Assembly: GCF_001194135.2 (NCBI RefSeq)
Contig: NC_068987.1
Coordinates: 8,555,218-8,619,082, forward strand
From: Octopus bimaculoides
Lineage: Eukaryota
Direction: 5' to 3'
DNA: 63,865 nucleotides
Shown: positions 35,749 through 50,400 of the stretch, piece by piece
Position numbering within the stretch: position 1 is the first letter of the stretch
How the letters are laid out: every line of letters begins with the position of its first letter
Notes under the pieces: generated by a model
Database searches by the model: none
What the model saw: the letters and a program-made list of their open reading frames with translations, nothing else
What the model was told of the DNA's origin: nothing
Made by a program: the position numbers and the translations under genes

Positions 35749-37143
35749 CTGAAGCATACAAAATCATTAAGAGTGGTTCAACTATGAATTCTATTTAATG
35801 ATGTTAAATACCTTATATTTTGATCATTATATTCTCTGATTGCTACCTTCAAAACTTACCTTTTATCTTTTACTTGCTTCACTCATTAGACTGCAGCCAT
35901 GCTGGAGCCCTACCCTGAAGGGCTCAGTTGAATATATTTACCCCAGTAGTAATGTAGTTTTTTAAGCCAGGAACATATTTTGTTGGTTTCTTTTGCTGAA
36001 CATAAGTCATAAGGATGTAAACAAACCAATACCTGTTGTCAAGCTGTGTGGGGACAAACATAAGACACAAAAACATACACACACATGGGACAGGCTTCCA
36101 CATAGTTTCTGTCTACCAACTTTCCTTGTCTTGGGTCTAAAGTAGAAGACACTTGCGCAAAAGGGTCATACAGTGGGACTGAACCTGAAACCACATGGTT
36201 GCAAAGCAAGCTTCTTAACCACGTGGTTGTGCTTGTGTCTACATGAAATACAAGTAAAATCAATAATCAAAGTAGATCATCTAATCTAGTTTTATTCTGG
36301 TAAATAATTCCTCAGAATTATAGAAATGAGTTTTGAGAAAATTTCATATTTCATAACAAAGATTGGCTGTGTGGTAAGAAGTTTACTTCTCAACCACATG
36401 GTTATGGGTTCAGTCCCACTGCATGGCACCTTGGGCAAGTGTCTTCTACTAAAGCACTAAGCCGACCAAAACCCTGTGGGTGGATTTGCTTGGCAGAAAC
36501 TCAAAGAACCCCACTCTGTGTGTGTGGTGTTTGTTCCGTACCACTACTTGACAACCAGTGTTGGGGTTTTTATGCTCTTATAACTTAGAAGTTTGGCAAA
36601 AGAGACTGATAACATTAGTATCAGTTAAAAAAAAAAAAAAAAAAGTAGTGGGGTCAATTCATTTGACTAAAAGACTCTTCAAGACAGGGACTCCAGTATT
36701 GCTGCAGTCAATGACTGAAACAAATCAAAGATAAAAAATCTAGTAAAAATTATGTTACATAGTTGGTTACTTATTTCTTTATTGCTCACAAGGGGCTAAA
36801 TATAGAGGGGACAAACGAGGACAGACAAAGGGGTTAAGCTGATTACATCGACTCCAGTGCGTAACTAGTACTTATTTAATTGACCCCGAAAGGATGAAAG
36901 GCAAAGTCGACCTTGGCAGAATTTGAATTCAGAATGTCGCGACAGATGAAATAACGCTAAGCATTTCGCCCAGCGTGCTAACGTTTCTGCCAGCTCTCTG
37001 CCTTCTATGTTACATAGTTAGTTACTAGTCTGAAGTCATGCAACTTTATTGACGTTAAAATAGCCTCCAAACTATGCTGAAGCCAGAGTCAGGTACATCT
37101 GATTACATACAACTGATTCAACATGTGAAACCCACATACTTAC

Positions 37144-37255
37144 TTGTAACCCAGTTGTGGTTAAGTTCTAATATACGATCCTTAAGACCAGAATGAGCTG
37201 CTTCCAGAGCTAATTGAAGCTTTTTTCGATGTAGATGATTTTTCATACCCAATTC
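37144..37255 (-). CDS. PPFIBP: Liprin-beta SAM1 (C part)/SAM2 start
   Basis: CTCAG|GAA ... ACA A|GTAAGT; ELGMKNHLHRKKLQLALEAAHSGLKDRILELNHNWVT(R); absent from the ORF track. Confidence 0.95.
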
Positions 37256-37518
37256 CTGAGAAGTAATATAATAAAAAAAGTTAATTTAAAAATATAAAAA
37301 GAAAAGATTCTGTTTTCCTGTCATCAAACCATTTAAAACTTATATTGCAAACTGAAAAAAAAAAAAGTTAGTGCAGCTTCATTTACAATAAGATATGCAA
37401 ATATTTTGAACCATGGAAATTGCCTCAATGTCAGTTACTAATTATTAAAAACAATCTTAAAATTGAAGTAATTACTTAGAGGTAAAAATCGTCTGCCTCA
37501 TCCATTTCATGAAATTTA

Positions 37519-37920
37519 GGCGCAGGAGTGGCTGTGTGGTAAGTAGCTTGCTTACCAACCACATGGTTCCGAGTTCAGTCCCACTGCGTGGCACCTTGGG
37601 CAGGTGTCCTCTACTATAGCCTCGGGCAGACCAAAGACTTGTGAGTGGATTTGGTAGACGGAAACTGAAAGAAGCCCGTTGTATATATGTATATGTATAT
37701 ATATATATGTGTGTGTGTTTATGTGTCTGTGTTTGACCCCCACCAACATTGCTTGACAACCGATGCTGGTGTGTTTACGTCCCCGTAACTTAGCAATTCA
37801 GCAAAAGAGACCGATAGAATAAGTACTAGGCTTACAAAGAATAAGTCCTGGGGTCGATTTGCTCGACTAAAGGCGGTGCTCCAGCATGGCCGCAGTCAAA
37901 TGACAAACAAGTAAAAGAGT
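37519..37920 (+). mobile_element. SINE family A, least-diverged copy
   Basis: GGCGCAGGAGTGGCTGTGTGGTAAG...GGTTCAGTCCC head. Other partial or diverged copies: 5978-6135(+), 34850-34960(-), 36040-36240(-), 36363-36738(+), 51178-51420(+), 55096-55445(+), 59005-59180(+). Confidence 0.85.
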
Positions 37921-39325
37921 AATATGGTGATAGTTGAACTGAAAACTATTGTTTCCTTTGGAAACGTAAGAATAAATGAAACACTGTAGAAAAAAAAATT
38001 GATTTAGCATGTGATTGTTGAAGGCACATAGTTTAGTGATTAGGCAATTTAACTCATGAACAGAAGGTCATGAGTTCAATTCCTGGCAGCGGGTTGTGTC
38101 CTTAAGTAAGACACTTTATTTCCTGTTGCTCCAGTCCATTCAGCTGGCAAAAATCAGTTGTACCCGTAATTCGAAAAGGGCCAGCATTGTCACATTCTGT
38201 GTCATGCTGAATCTCCCTGAGAACTCTGTTAAGGGTACACATGTCTGTGGAGTGCTCAGCCACTTGCATGTTAATTTCGCAAGCAGGCTGCTGTTACATT
38301 GATTGGATCAATTGGAACATGCATCATTGCTACTGACAAAATGCTAGTTTTGTGTGTGTGTGTGTGTGTGTGTGTGCGCACGCATACAAGCATCTGTGTG
38401 TATTTGTCTTTATACACACAGACAGACATATTACAAATTCAGCTCTGTGTACATTTTCAGTTTGTCTATCTTATTCTTGTGTTTCCTTCCTTCCCAGATT
38501 AATCAAATTATATCTATAAAGGTTACCCAATCATTCAAAGCTGTATAACATCTAAATTAAAAAAATTTTTTTCTCCATAGCAATTTCAAAGGTCTCATTG
38601 CAATCATTAATCTGATTAATTTCTCTTTGGAGTGTTTTTTCATTATTAATTCAGAGACAAAATACTGCACCAATATCTTATGTCAGGCTTCACAGAACGG
38701 AATCAAGAATAAGGCTGGGGATTGCCAGTAATGCATGAAGAGAATAAATTCCAAAAGAGGACTGCATATTTATGTTTAGATAGCAACCGAAATTATTAAA
38801 ATACCATTAACAGTGGCAGACAATGTATTAATTATGGTAGTAACAAAAACTCATTATCAGGAGTAGGTTTGCTAATCAAATACACTTTTACTTCTTATAA
38901 TACAGTCCAGGATGCTGGTTTCATTGCATCAAATAATGAAATATTGAAAACAATCCTTCCTAATAGAGTATATTTGGGATTCTTTTCTGTTGACTATGAA
39001 TAGGTGAAATCAAATTTCTTGAATCTATTCCAGAGATTTGATCACATGACTCTTCTAATGCAGGCTTATTATGATGTAAAACTGTTTCTCACAAATGTTG
39101 GAATGGTATAGGTTTCAAATTTTTTCTGAGATTAATGATTGTATTTTGCCAGCTTCTTTACTGAGTGAATAATATTTTGGACAAACAGTTTACAATCCAC
39201 ATATTAATATCTTCCATGTGTTTCATGGCATGATAGTAGGGAAAACAGACATTAAAATGACAATGACGACTAATGATATAAGAAGGATGATCTTGAAACC
39301 TACTTTTTTTTATCACTCGTGGTCT

Positions 39326-39605
39326 TTAACCCATAAACTGCGATAGGTCACCTCAGTGGCCAACGCGACAGTGCGACAGGCCACGTTCGTGGCTACGGAA
39401 GTAGGGCATGATCTGACCTAATTTTGATGACGTATAATGTATGCACACGATACCCTTTCACCCCAGAAACAGTGTAGCCAATCACAGAAGGTGTTAAGGA
39501 ACACTGAGTATTTTTTTCGAGTGATAGTTCGATGTTGATCTTTACCCAAAATAGGTTCAGCAGTTCGTGTTACATACAGCAAAATCCCAGCAGTTTATGG
39601 GTTAA
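39326..39605. mobile_element. piggyBac-like MITE (272 bp)
   Basis: TTAA TSDs (39326-29, 39602-05) and perfect 12-bp TIR CCCATAAACTGC; CpG-rich interior. Confidence 0.85.
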
Positions 39606-39752
39606 GACTCATGAAGCATTCAATCTTTTTTGTTCCATCATGGTCTTAAAAACAGAAAGAAAGAAAGAAAAGAAAAAAAATCTTCAGATCTTTCCTAATT
39701 TCAGAATTGTTAAGCAACTAGATACTAAACACAACCACACTAGAGTACGAAC

Positions 39753-39903
39753 CTTTTCAAAATCATGCTGGGTAGCATTTAATAGCTGTTCTCCATTCTT
39801 GATCCACCTTCGTGCCTCAGGGACATACATGTCAAGGCCAATTTCATGAAGCCAAGAGGCAACCCGATCGTTGTCCCAACTCTCAAAAGGAACATTTGAA
39901 TCA
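39753..39903 (-). CDS. PPFIBP: Liprin-beta SAM1 (N part)
   Basis: TTTTTCTAG|T GAT ... AAG|GTTCGT; DSNVPFESWDNDRVASWLHEIGLDMYVPEARRWIKNGEQLLNATQHDFEK. Confidence 0.95.
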
Positions 39904-40589
39904 CTAGAAAAACAAATAAAAGCATATGTCAATTAGTTTTCTTAGGTAGCAAAACTGTAATAAAAATGATGTTTAAAATCACTAAATCATAGAATTTAGC
40001 TTTATTCAGTTACATATGATGTTTGTTAGCTTGACAGCATTATCATTAAACGGCATCTAACACTAACATATCTGCTACACATTTAAACTATGTATTAACT
40101 TAGTATTGCAAAAAAAATCTGTTTTAATAAAGATTAATGTTTTTCTTATATAACTTGGTCTTATCTATATGAAAATATCTGTGTAATAATAATTGTTTCA
40201 AACCAAAAGTTAAGGAGGAAGAATATAGACAATTTAACTGAATCCAATATGTGACTGGTGACTGGTACATATTTAATCAACTTCAGAACTATGAATGAAA
40301 AATTGGCCTTGATAAGATTAGAACTTAGAACATAAGGGGTGAGAACTAAAAACACATGACATTTTGTTCAATAATCTGTTGATTCCGCTAATCTTCCTAT
40401 TCAATATTAATACCAATATTAAATTACTTCTGCATTAGATTAAGTGGGAACAATAATCAATTTAAACAATCCTAATTCTTATTACAGACCCTAGAAGAAT
40501 GATATCCAAAGTCTCAGAATGCAAATGGATATAATTACCAAAAAGAGGACTTTATCAAGCATTCTACCAAATCTGCTAACCTTGGTAAT

Positions 40590-41965
40590 AATAAGACTAT
40601 AGGCACAAGGCCTGAAATATTTTGGGTGACCATGCTAGTCAATTACATTGACCCCAGTGTTTGAATGATAATTATTTCATTAACCCTGAAAGGATGAAAG
40701 GTAAAGTTGATCTCAGTGGCATTTGAACTCAGGATGTACAGATGGACAAAATACTGCAAAGTATTTTGTCCAGCGTGCTAATGATTCTGTGAGCTTGCCA
40801 CCATATCCTTAGTATCAATAATTCTTTCTGCTAAAGGCACAAGGCTTGAAATTTTGCAGGAGGGGACTAGTTGATCACATCAACCCCAGTGCTTCACTGG
40901 GGTCGCTGTAATTTATCAACTACAAAAGGATGAAAGGCGAAGTCAACCTCGGCAGAATTTGAACTCAGAACGTAGCGACGGGCGAAATACTGCTAAGCAT
41001 TTTGTCCAGCGTGCACTAACCATTCTGCCAGCTCACCGTGTTATCCTTAGTATTAATAATGATTTTAATAATTTCTTACATCACTACAACACTGAGCAGC
41101 TGGGAAGAATGGTAAGAGGGTACAATAAATTAATTCAATCTCAGAACTTGACTGATACTTGTTTTACCGACCCTGGAAGAATGAACACCAAAGTCAACTC
41201 TGGCAGGACTTGAACTCAAAATGCAAAAGGATGTAACTAAATACTAGGTATTTTGCTTGGCATTCCACTGAGTCTGCTATCCATCATTTTTAATCTTCAT
41301 AAGATAACTGGTGGTCTACCAGTCTACTATTTTTGTATTAATGCAAAAACGCTAATATCCTTAACACTATATATACTTTTCTTTGTTGAGTGAGATTTAG
41401 ATGTCTTTCTTTAAAACAAAATTTTAAATATTTGTATCTCATAAAAATTATTACATTTAGAAGCATCAGTTGGAGTTGTATCTAAAAGGTATTAACAATA
41501 ATAATATTGATTAATATTGATTCCTAATGTAGATATGAGGCATCAAATTTTAAGGGAGAAATATAATTGATAATATTGATTCCAGGATTTGACTGTTACT
41601 TTACCAACCTCAGGAGAATGAAAGGTAAAGTTGGCTTCAGTGGAATGTGAACTTGGAACACAGAATCATAATTTAATGGCTCTTTATGATCTGGTATTAT
41701 GGTATTTTGCCTGATGCCCTACCGATTCTGTCAATCTGCTGAATAATAATTATAATAATAATCCTTTTCATTATAGGCACAAGGCTTGAAATTTGGAGAA
41801 GGGGGCTGATTACTTTGATCCCAGAGCTCAGCTGGTACTTATTTCATCAACATGAAAGGTGAAATCGACCTTGGTGGTATTTGAACCCAGAATATAAAGA
41901 GCTAGATGGAATACTGCAAAGCATGTTGTCTGACACACTAATGCTCCTGCCAGCTCCCTACCTTA
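40590..41965 (-). mobile_element. Train of about five co-oriented SINE family B copies
   Basis: As above; other copies at 50410-50615, 52450-52690, 53060-53284, 63420-63596. Confidence 0.8.
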
Positions 41966-44900
41966 ATGGTAAACTAACTTAGCATGTACCCTCAGAAATT
42001 CCTGGTCAGCATCTGGCATGCTGGAAGACCACTGGGAGTGAGACACTCCCTAGCTTTTTATTAAAGCATGTCTCTAGAACCTGCTTTGAAGCCAGACTAC
42101 ATTAGTTCCGATAAGTAGCAGTCACTTGGTCAGTGAATCCTCTGCAATGGTTGACAATCAACAGGAAGATGGGCTGCTATGGAAAACACTATTCCAAAGT
42201 GAGTATCATGTGACCAAGGACTACATGTGAACATGTATTCCCACTGAAACTGGAGCCAGCTCAGCTGACTCAGGGTGAATACTGCTACATGTATGAGTAC
42301 AATATAACTGACCATGAGAAGAATTAAACTCCACTAAATATTATGTAAATAATAATGGTAGCTATTTTATCCAAAGGAATTAGTACTTCAGAAAAGAAAT
42401 AAAATTGGGATAAATGATATAACAGTTTGCTAATGACTCTGAAATGCAATTCTAAAACCACTGTGGTAGGCTAATGAAACAAAAATGGCTTGATGGAAAA
42501 ATACAACAAATTGACTGTTGTGTGTGTGTGTGTGTGAACGTGTGCATGTGTGTGTATATAGGGGCAAAAGAGAGCCAAGTTTGACATTTATTGATTCCAT
42601 TAACATACATGGAAACAAAACCAAAAGCAAAGGTGCTACATAATCTTTTTTTTTATAATAAAAATCAGATGAAATATTTTCAATATTGATTAGAATAGAA
42701 CATAAACAAAGAGCAGTGAATGTTAGATTACAAAATGTGAAGTTTTGGTTTGTACACAAGCATAAGGGGGGGAAAAACATTCCATGCAGCAAATGAAAAA
42801 ATCAGAGAAAGAGTTAAGTGAAGATTTTGTTTGTTGTAGTCTCTTTAAAATTAACATCCAGAGTTGAAAACCCTGAAAGTTAATTGTCATAACCTCTAAA
42901 AAAAGCAGACATTGCACAAGATATATATATGTTTCAGACCGTGTATAAACAGAATGTAACAATATTACAAAAATGAACTGATTTAGAAATATGTCATGAG
43001 TGTGTGTGTGTATGTATCACACACACAACACACACACAAACATACATATACACACACATGTATAAGAGAGAGAATAGAAACAACAATCCGGTAAATAGCA
43101 CAGGTAAGATTCATTTCTTTGTAGCTAGTTGATCACTAGTGGCTTCCAAGAATACCTTTATGTTGGCACTCTCGTGAACTTTAAATGTTACCATGCTTTG
43201 ACACAAACCTTTTGCATTTTCTACGGTGCAAATTTCATTCATGCATATTAACATTCCCATTGACAAAAGTTTCTCTTCAGTTTTTTCAATAAAAGAATAT
43301 ACAGCTAACTGTGTAACAAAATGTTTACAATGCAATAATAAAAACTGAACACAACATTTAGCTTGAATCACATGACATCCAGTTACTTGTGCCAGTTTCT
43401 AAACTTTTATCATTTACCTACACACATGTACACAATTTGGTGAGTAAATAACTGAAGATAAATAGCAGAGACTTATTCGTAAACACATTCTGATATGTAA
43501 AACACTTATGAGTGGACATCTAATGATAGCAAATAAACTATGAAAAGTTGAAATATTCAATAAATGGAACAGAATCCATGAGACATATATGTTTGAAAAT
43601 AAGTAAGAAGCTATTTTTTTTTTTTTAGGAAAGCCATGTACATGCAGATATATATGAATAAGGATTGAGACCCACTAGCAGAGTATCAAGCAACAGCCAT
43701 ACATAAAGTTACCATTTTTTAAAAAGCACAGCTCAAATTTCTTGTTTATTTACTCTTTAGCCGAAGGTAAAAGGGTCATGCTCTAAACCCAAATTGATTA
43801 GAAAAATGACAGAAATATCTTTTGAAAAGCATTTTTCTCCTATTTATTTTCCCTTTAATAGTTTTGACTTGTAAATCATTAAAATAAAAAAAAAAATTGA
43901 GACTAAAACGGCCTTAAGGTGAGCTAAAACAAACTTGTATTGATTGAGAACAACTGTGAAATTCAATTTACATCAGTAGAAGAGCAGAAACACACTAACA
44001 AGTAAATGGAGTGGACTACATATTTTCATTTGTGTATATGAGTACATATATATATATATACACACATACACAGATTTGTTTGGAATTACAAATCTGTAGC
44101 TGGAGAGTATATCAACCAGTATAATATACAGCTGTTGTTATATTCTAGCAGTTTGTTAGAATTAATATGGCAACTAATGTGAGATGTTAAAAAATATGAA
44201 CCACTTACTATTACAAAGGGATATTAATTATTACTATTATTATTATTAAACTGTTGAATGAAATAGACCCCTGTCACTTAAAATCAAAAGCCAAATGAAG
44301 AAGGACTTCGTATATTTTCAAGAAGTAATTTGACTTATTTCAGATGTACTAAGACTATTTTGTAATATAAAGTATTGTTAATCAGCTTGGCTCAATTAGA
44401 TTACCAGACTTTTTAAGTTATGAAAGAAGAACTAAAATACACTACTCACTAATACTGCAATAAGTAGGTTTCACCCAACCCACTCACATTACAGACAATA
44501 ATATATGACTTATAAATTTCTCATTGAAAATTGTTTGTGGAAAAACAGGGAAAAATGTATTTCATTAATTAGTAACTTAAGTAACAATTATTCTTGTTGT
44601 AAGAAAGTTATAGTACTACCGTTTTTTTCTACATTAGTATTATTTTTGTTATTATTATAAATTTTTGAAATTTAGAAATTAAATTCTACCATCAATTTAT
44701 GGAGAAAGCATTCCAATGCTATAAAAATATACAAATTTAATAAATGAATAAATAAATAAATAAAGCAGGAATGAGGGAAAAAAATAACATAAAAACTGTA
44801 TTACTCGCTTGAAAGAAAAAAAAAAATCAACGTTTTAAAATCTTTAGTCCTCCATAATTCCAGTGGATAATAAAGTTAACACCCCCATGATCAAACCTTG

Positions 44901-45080
44901 GGGGGGAAAAAGGGACAGTTGAATAGAAATAGAAGCACTGATGGAAAAGGGTGGGTCGGGAAATGTTTTGTTTTTAAATCAAAATAAATGGAGGCATGAA
45001 TGCATTCCATGCACTAGCACCACTGGAATGAACATCAGGTGTAGGACTCCACCAGATGGGAAGAGAAAACATTTACTTAC

Positions 45081-45200
45081 TGGTTTATTTTTAAATCTTT
45101 CGACCAGGCCAGCCGCGCCCCAGCTGTAGCCCGAATACCTCCACGCCTAAATTCTTCATTCATGTCACCATCAAAGTCTTGAGAACTGCTTCGTTTTAAT
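45081..45200 (-). CDS. PPFIBP: Liprin-beta exon (pre-SAM conserved segment)
   Basis: TTCTGTTTCAG| ... CA|GTAAGT; LKRSSSQDFDGDMNEEFRRGGIRATAGARLAWSKDLKIN contains the liprin-beta F(K/R)RGG.RATAG.RL.WS motif. Confidence 0.95.
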
Positions 45201-45895
45201 CTGAAACAGAAGTCGTTTTCTTCGATAGGTATCCAATGGCTTGTTGTTATTTCCAGCATTTGCCAACATAAGGAAGTCTTCAGAATTTGACTGATCACAA
45301 GAAAACTGGTTAATTCATCCAATACTATCACTGGTCACCACTGCTGGAGAGGCCCAACCCAAAATACTTTAAATCAAACCGTAAAAAAAAAATCTGAATG
45401 TTTTCCTTTCCTACTGCTAAAAGAAACTCCCTGGTTCGATTTAAACCAACTGTTTGTATATATACATCAACATTTGGCAGTAATAAGTAGTAAATTTATA
45501 GTATGCATGGTGTAAAAATATCTATTACTGTATTACTTTCTATAAAAACCACACAAAATCAGTGTATTAAATATGTAACCTATAGAATAAACGGAAAATT
45601 TAGCTATTTCTCCGTAGATTGAAAAAAGTGATGAACAGCCTTAATCAATTTTCGAACCTTATTGAGCTCTCATCAGGTGTCCACATCAAACTGACCAATG
45701 CCAGGGAAACAAATAGCCATTCTGTTTATATACTCAACAAATCCAGAAGCTAAAGAAAACTGGAGCTACTAATTTGCACACCATTACTGTTTAACAATTC
45801 ATTTAATATCAGGGGCCTGTCAGTGATGGGTCTCAGTCCATACAGTATCAAGGTATGATATAATGTATGTAACCTATATAATATATATATATATC

Positions 45896-45927
<32 letters not shown>

Positions 45928-46591
45928 CGTATAAACAGGGAAAATATACCTATTTCTCTGTGTAATCTATGTTAAGCGCTCAATCATGAGTATATTCTAA
46001 ATACCCCATTGAATACAAATATTTAAATGTAATATTAAATATGTGATAAATTTAATTTTATTTAGAGTAACAAGAGTTGATAAGGGTGAAACATGCCACA
46101 TTACTTTTGAATATATATTACAAACTTGGAATTTACCTCACTGGAAGACTTGTTGAAATTCACACTTCATTAACTGTCTACATGAAATAATAATTTTTAG
46201 TCTCTTGTTCTATTTCATCCAATTAATGTGCTTAATTAAATTTTCCTAGTCATGTGACACTTATTTTATAAAATATTTTGATTGACCTAAACATTGATTA
46301 AATTACATATGTGTCCATTTATTGTCCAGGAAATATGAAATGAATTTTGAACAGATAGCTGACTAGTTCAAAATTATCAACAATAACGAAGCAATATGCT
46401 AGATGTTGCTGCCTCATCACTTGCATTTGATGTCAAAAGTATACAACAAATGATACTCTTTTTAAAGGAGTCTCTATCTTGCTTTAAAGAGTCGTGCGTT
46501 ACAGTCTAACAGTTTGATATCATGTAGTGGTAGGACTAAAACTAGTATTAATCTAAGGTAAGCTCTGACATATCATCACCACAAGGTCAAG

Positions 46592-46950
46592 TCCTTGTTG
46601 TGGTGTGGTAGCTTGGGTACCTCAATGATCCCAGAGAGCTATGCTAGTAGAGCACAAGCTCCTGGTAGGGCCACCCATACTGGACAGGTCAAAGGATAGA
46701 GGTCAGGTTAAAGCGGACCATATCTTCACAGAGCTAAAAATGGGCTTGCATAAGACCAACACCCCTACCTAGGAAAAAAGCCAAGATTACAGAAGTATTG
46801 ATGGTAATTCAAAACCAACAGAACTTGGGAGCAGAAGGTCATCTGTCAGGGGAAATGTTTGACTGAGGCAGAGCTGAAATATTGTTCAGAGTCAAGAACA
46901 GCAGAGAAAAGTCATCAATGGTCTTTGCTTCCTAGGGAGTGAAGGGTTTA
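46592..46950 (+). mobile_element. RTE LINE 5' end / internally deleted derivative
   Basis: CCTTGTTGTGG...GCTTG.GT.CCTCAATGA...GAGCTATGC...AGGGCCACCCA...GGACAGGTCA resembles (from memory) BovB/RTE 5' UTRs. Confidence 0.55.
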
Positions 46951-48800
46951 ATACAAATACTGGTGTACCACCAATAAATAATCTAAAACTTGAATAAGTG
47001 ATCCTACATTTAATATTAAAATGCAGAGAACCCATTCTTGTCATCTGTCCCTGTTTAATTAAGGAAATTTAAGTCATAATTTTAAGTGATTACATTCTAT
47101 TAACCTTAGCTAGGATGTTTTAGTGATTTTAGCTATGAAGTGGGGGGAAAAAATAATTAATAATGAATACATCTTCGATTATATGTGAAAATAGATAAAA
47201 ATACGAGTGTAGGTAAATGATCATAGTAATATAGTGATAAAGTAAAGAATATGGGATAGTTTTAGAAATCTAAAATATGGAACAATTAAAAGCAGTATAT
47301 TCTTAGTTCCACAACATAATAAAATTTGAACATACCCATACCAATGTGGCAATAATTTTTGCAACAGCTTTGTTTCTCATTTAATAACCGTATAGTCATA
47401 TATATATATTAATATATATTAATATATATTAATATATATATGTTTTTAAATTATATAATAAAAGATTTTTATTATCCTCTAGCTTTTTAATTATACAGTA
47501 TTTCATTGATGCTCAGATGTGTTGCGCATGTACATGTTTACACACGTACGTATGAGGATAGAATATAAAGATCTCCTTTGGGGTAAAAATAACTTAGAGG
47601 AAGCAACCAAGAGTGAAAGAGCGATATCTATTTACTGGCAGAGCACTAAATTAAACTGACAGTAAATAATGGGGAAGGTGCTCGAAATGTAGATAATGAA
47701 ATAAAAGGTGAATTGCACATAACATGAATGACCCAGAAATAAATGAACCTCGAGGGTAGGAGAAGAGTTAATGAATGGTTAAAATGATACCTGAATCAGT
47801 AAAAATGTTCTTGTGAACAGTCAACGGTAGAGAAGCATTCCAGCATAGAATGTTTTGATTATGGTCAGAAAAAAATGATGGAAACTAAATGATGTTTCTA
47901 ACAATGCACTCAAACACACAATATACATGAATATACAATCATTCACAGCATCATCAATCAATCAATCTTCAATTCAATCAAATTATTACTACCTTTACCA
48001 TTTCTCATTTAACAACCATAAGTTCTAAACTTATAATGATCATTACTATTATTATTATTATCATCATCAGTTATCATTATTATTATATTTATTATCATTA
48101 TTACTACCACCACCACCATCATCATCATCATCAGTTAGATTAAAATACTGTTATGCTCTTGATTAGATTTCAGCTGTAAAAATCTCTACAGATTATTACT
48201 ACTAATATCAACGTGAAACATAATTATTGTGATTAGCTTAACGGTGTAAGTTGAGGAAGCGTTAGTAGATTAGAGAATGGTAAACAGGTTAATACTTCAC
48301 GGATAACTTAATACTTCACTGATAAACTAAACAAATGAAAATATCAGTTCAATGTAACAAAATTTGTTGGAAACATATTCATATATGGTCGCTATTCACT
48401 GAGGAAATGCATAATTCTGTTTAAAATGCAGCAATAAGTAATAGCTCACATTCAGTAACACAACTGATTTATGTCAACTTCTGTAATTTTTTATTATGTT
48501 TAACAAAAAGAAGCCTCATAACTTTTGAAAAGATTTTGATTATTAGAAATTAAATTTAAATCCTTGCTGGTATTGAATGCAAGACAAAATTGTAATTATT
48601 ATTAATGTTCTTGTTAATTATGATTGGCTGTCAAAAGCATTAAAATAATTTATATCTTTAATTTAATGCTGTTGCTTGAATATATAATATTTCTTCATTA
48701 CACATCATTAAACAAATACTAGCCAGCTTTTTAACCCCAACTAAGATATAAAGGCTTATTTCATACGTATAAAATGTTGATCTGAGACATATATATATAT

Positions 48801-48855
<55 letters not shown>

Positions 48856-50029
48856 TACATACATACACATATGTATGCCTATTTAAGACAACTGTTTAGT
48901 TACTATTGCTATATACTTTCTTGATGCTAACGAAATCTTCAGCCAAGCCTGTCAGGATTTGATTTTCAGAACACTGTTCTTTCTATTTCACAAGTCAGCA
49001 ACCAATGATGAGATTCTTAACAATAGCTTTGTAACAAGATGCCAAGGGAAGTAAATACCACAAATGCATCTACTTCATTTTCTAACAATATTAGTATAGA
49101 AAGAGGCAAGTGGCATACAAATCTTCTATACGGATCAGTAGTAGAGAAATTCAGCTTGATTTTTACAACAGGATATGAATGCATCAAACACATTAGATAA
49201 GAGATGTTTAGTTACAAAGTACTGAACAGCATACATAAGATGATGGGTAAATTGTTTTTCCTATATTTGGTCAATACAGAATAGATTCTATATATCAACA
49301 GAAGCTGAAGTGATTTGAATTCATACGATGACCATCTAGATGAAATGATATATACATATTTCATATCCTTGAGTTTCTTGAAAAACACAACTGAAAAGCA
49401 AAAGAAAGTGTTATTTTTCATAAAACATAAACAGATTTCTTCCTTTGTTATTCTAAAAGAATACAATGAATATTCTCATTGTATCTTGTAGATAGAAATA
49501 TTTTTGTTAGATGAAATAATATCAAAACACTGACAGAAAAAAACAAGCAAATGAAAATATTTTGATTTTGTGGTTTTGTTTCAAAAAAATGCTTCTATAA
49601 AACCAGAATTCGAAAACAATGGTTTTATACAAGCATTAGGAGTGAACACATGCTCCATCCGAATAACAAAAAGCCATGCAACACAGAAATGTCTTAATTA
49701 CTGAAAACAACACAGATTTTACTTGTGTGGAATTCAGAATAATAAAGCATAGATTATAGCAAGTCCTCACTCTACAATTTTCTACTTAGATATTCCAACT
49801 TTGAAACTAAGTAATTATTTAATTAGAAACAGATATATAACTAACTTTGAACTATATTATAATCACTGAGTTGGAGCTTTGTATGAAATTGGCATTGTTT
49901 CACAGGCCGGATGGCCTTCTTATCACTGATCATCTTACAGTGTGGACTGGGTGCATTTATTTTTCATGCTACCAGCACAACAGAGGTTATCTTCAAGGAC
50001 TTAAAGTGTCTTCTTCACATTAAGTTTTT

Positions 50030-50400
50030 ACTCAGAGTAAACGGGTAGCCTTGACAATAACTGTTGAAGTCAACGTCTGCCTCTGCTACCAATTAGTGAC
50101 GTCAAAATAAAACTTAAATGGACTGAGAGTCTGGAGAAGGAAAGTAAGGAACTTAAAGCATCCCTCAATTATATATATTTTCAAAATGATTCTAGATGAC
50201 ATATATGATGAAGTGAATGAGATGACAGAAATCTTGCTGAAAGATGCAGACCAGATCTGTAATAAGAGCAAGGCACCAGCTAAATGGAAAGCAACATGAT
50301 GTTGGAATACCACTGTGGATAAAGACGTAAAAGCTACAAAACAGGTCTGGAATGAATGGAAGAAAGGAAAGAGCAACAAGGAATACTAAGTCACAGGGAG
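50030..50400 (+). mobile_element. Decayed RTE-type LINE linker fragment
   Basis: Remnant ..WN.TVDKDVKATKQVWNEWKKG. Confidence 0.45.
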
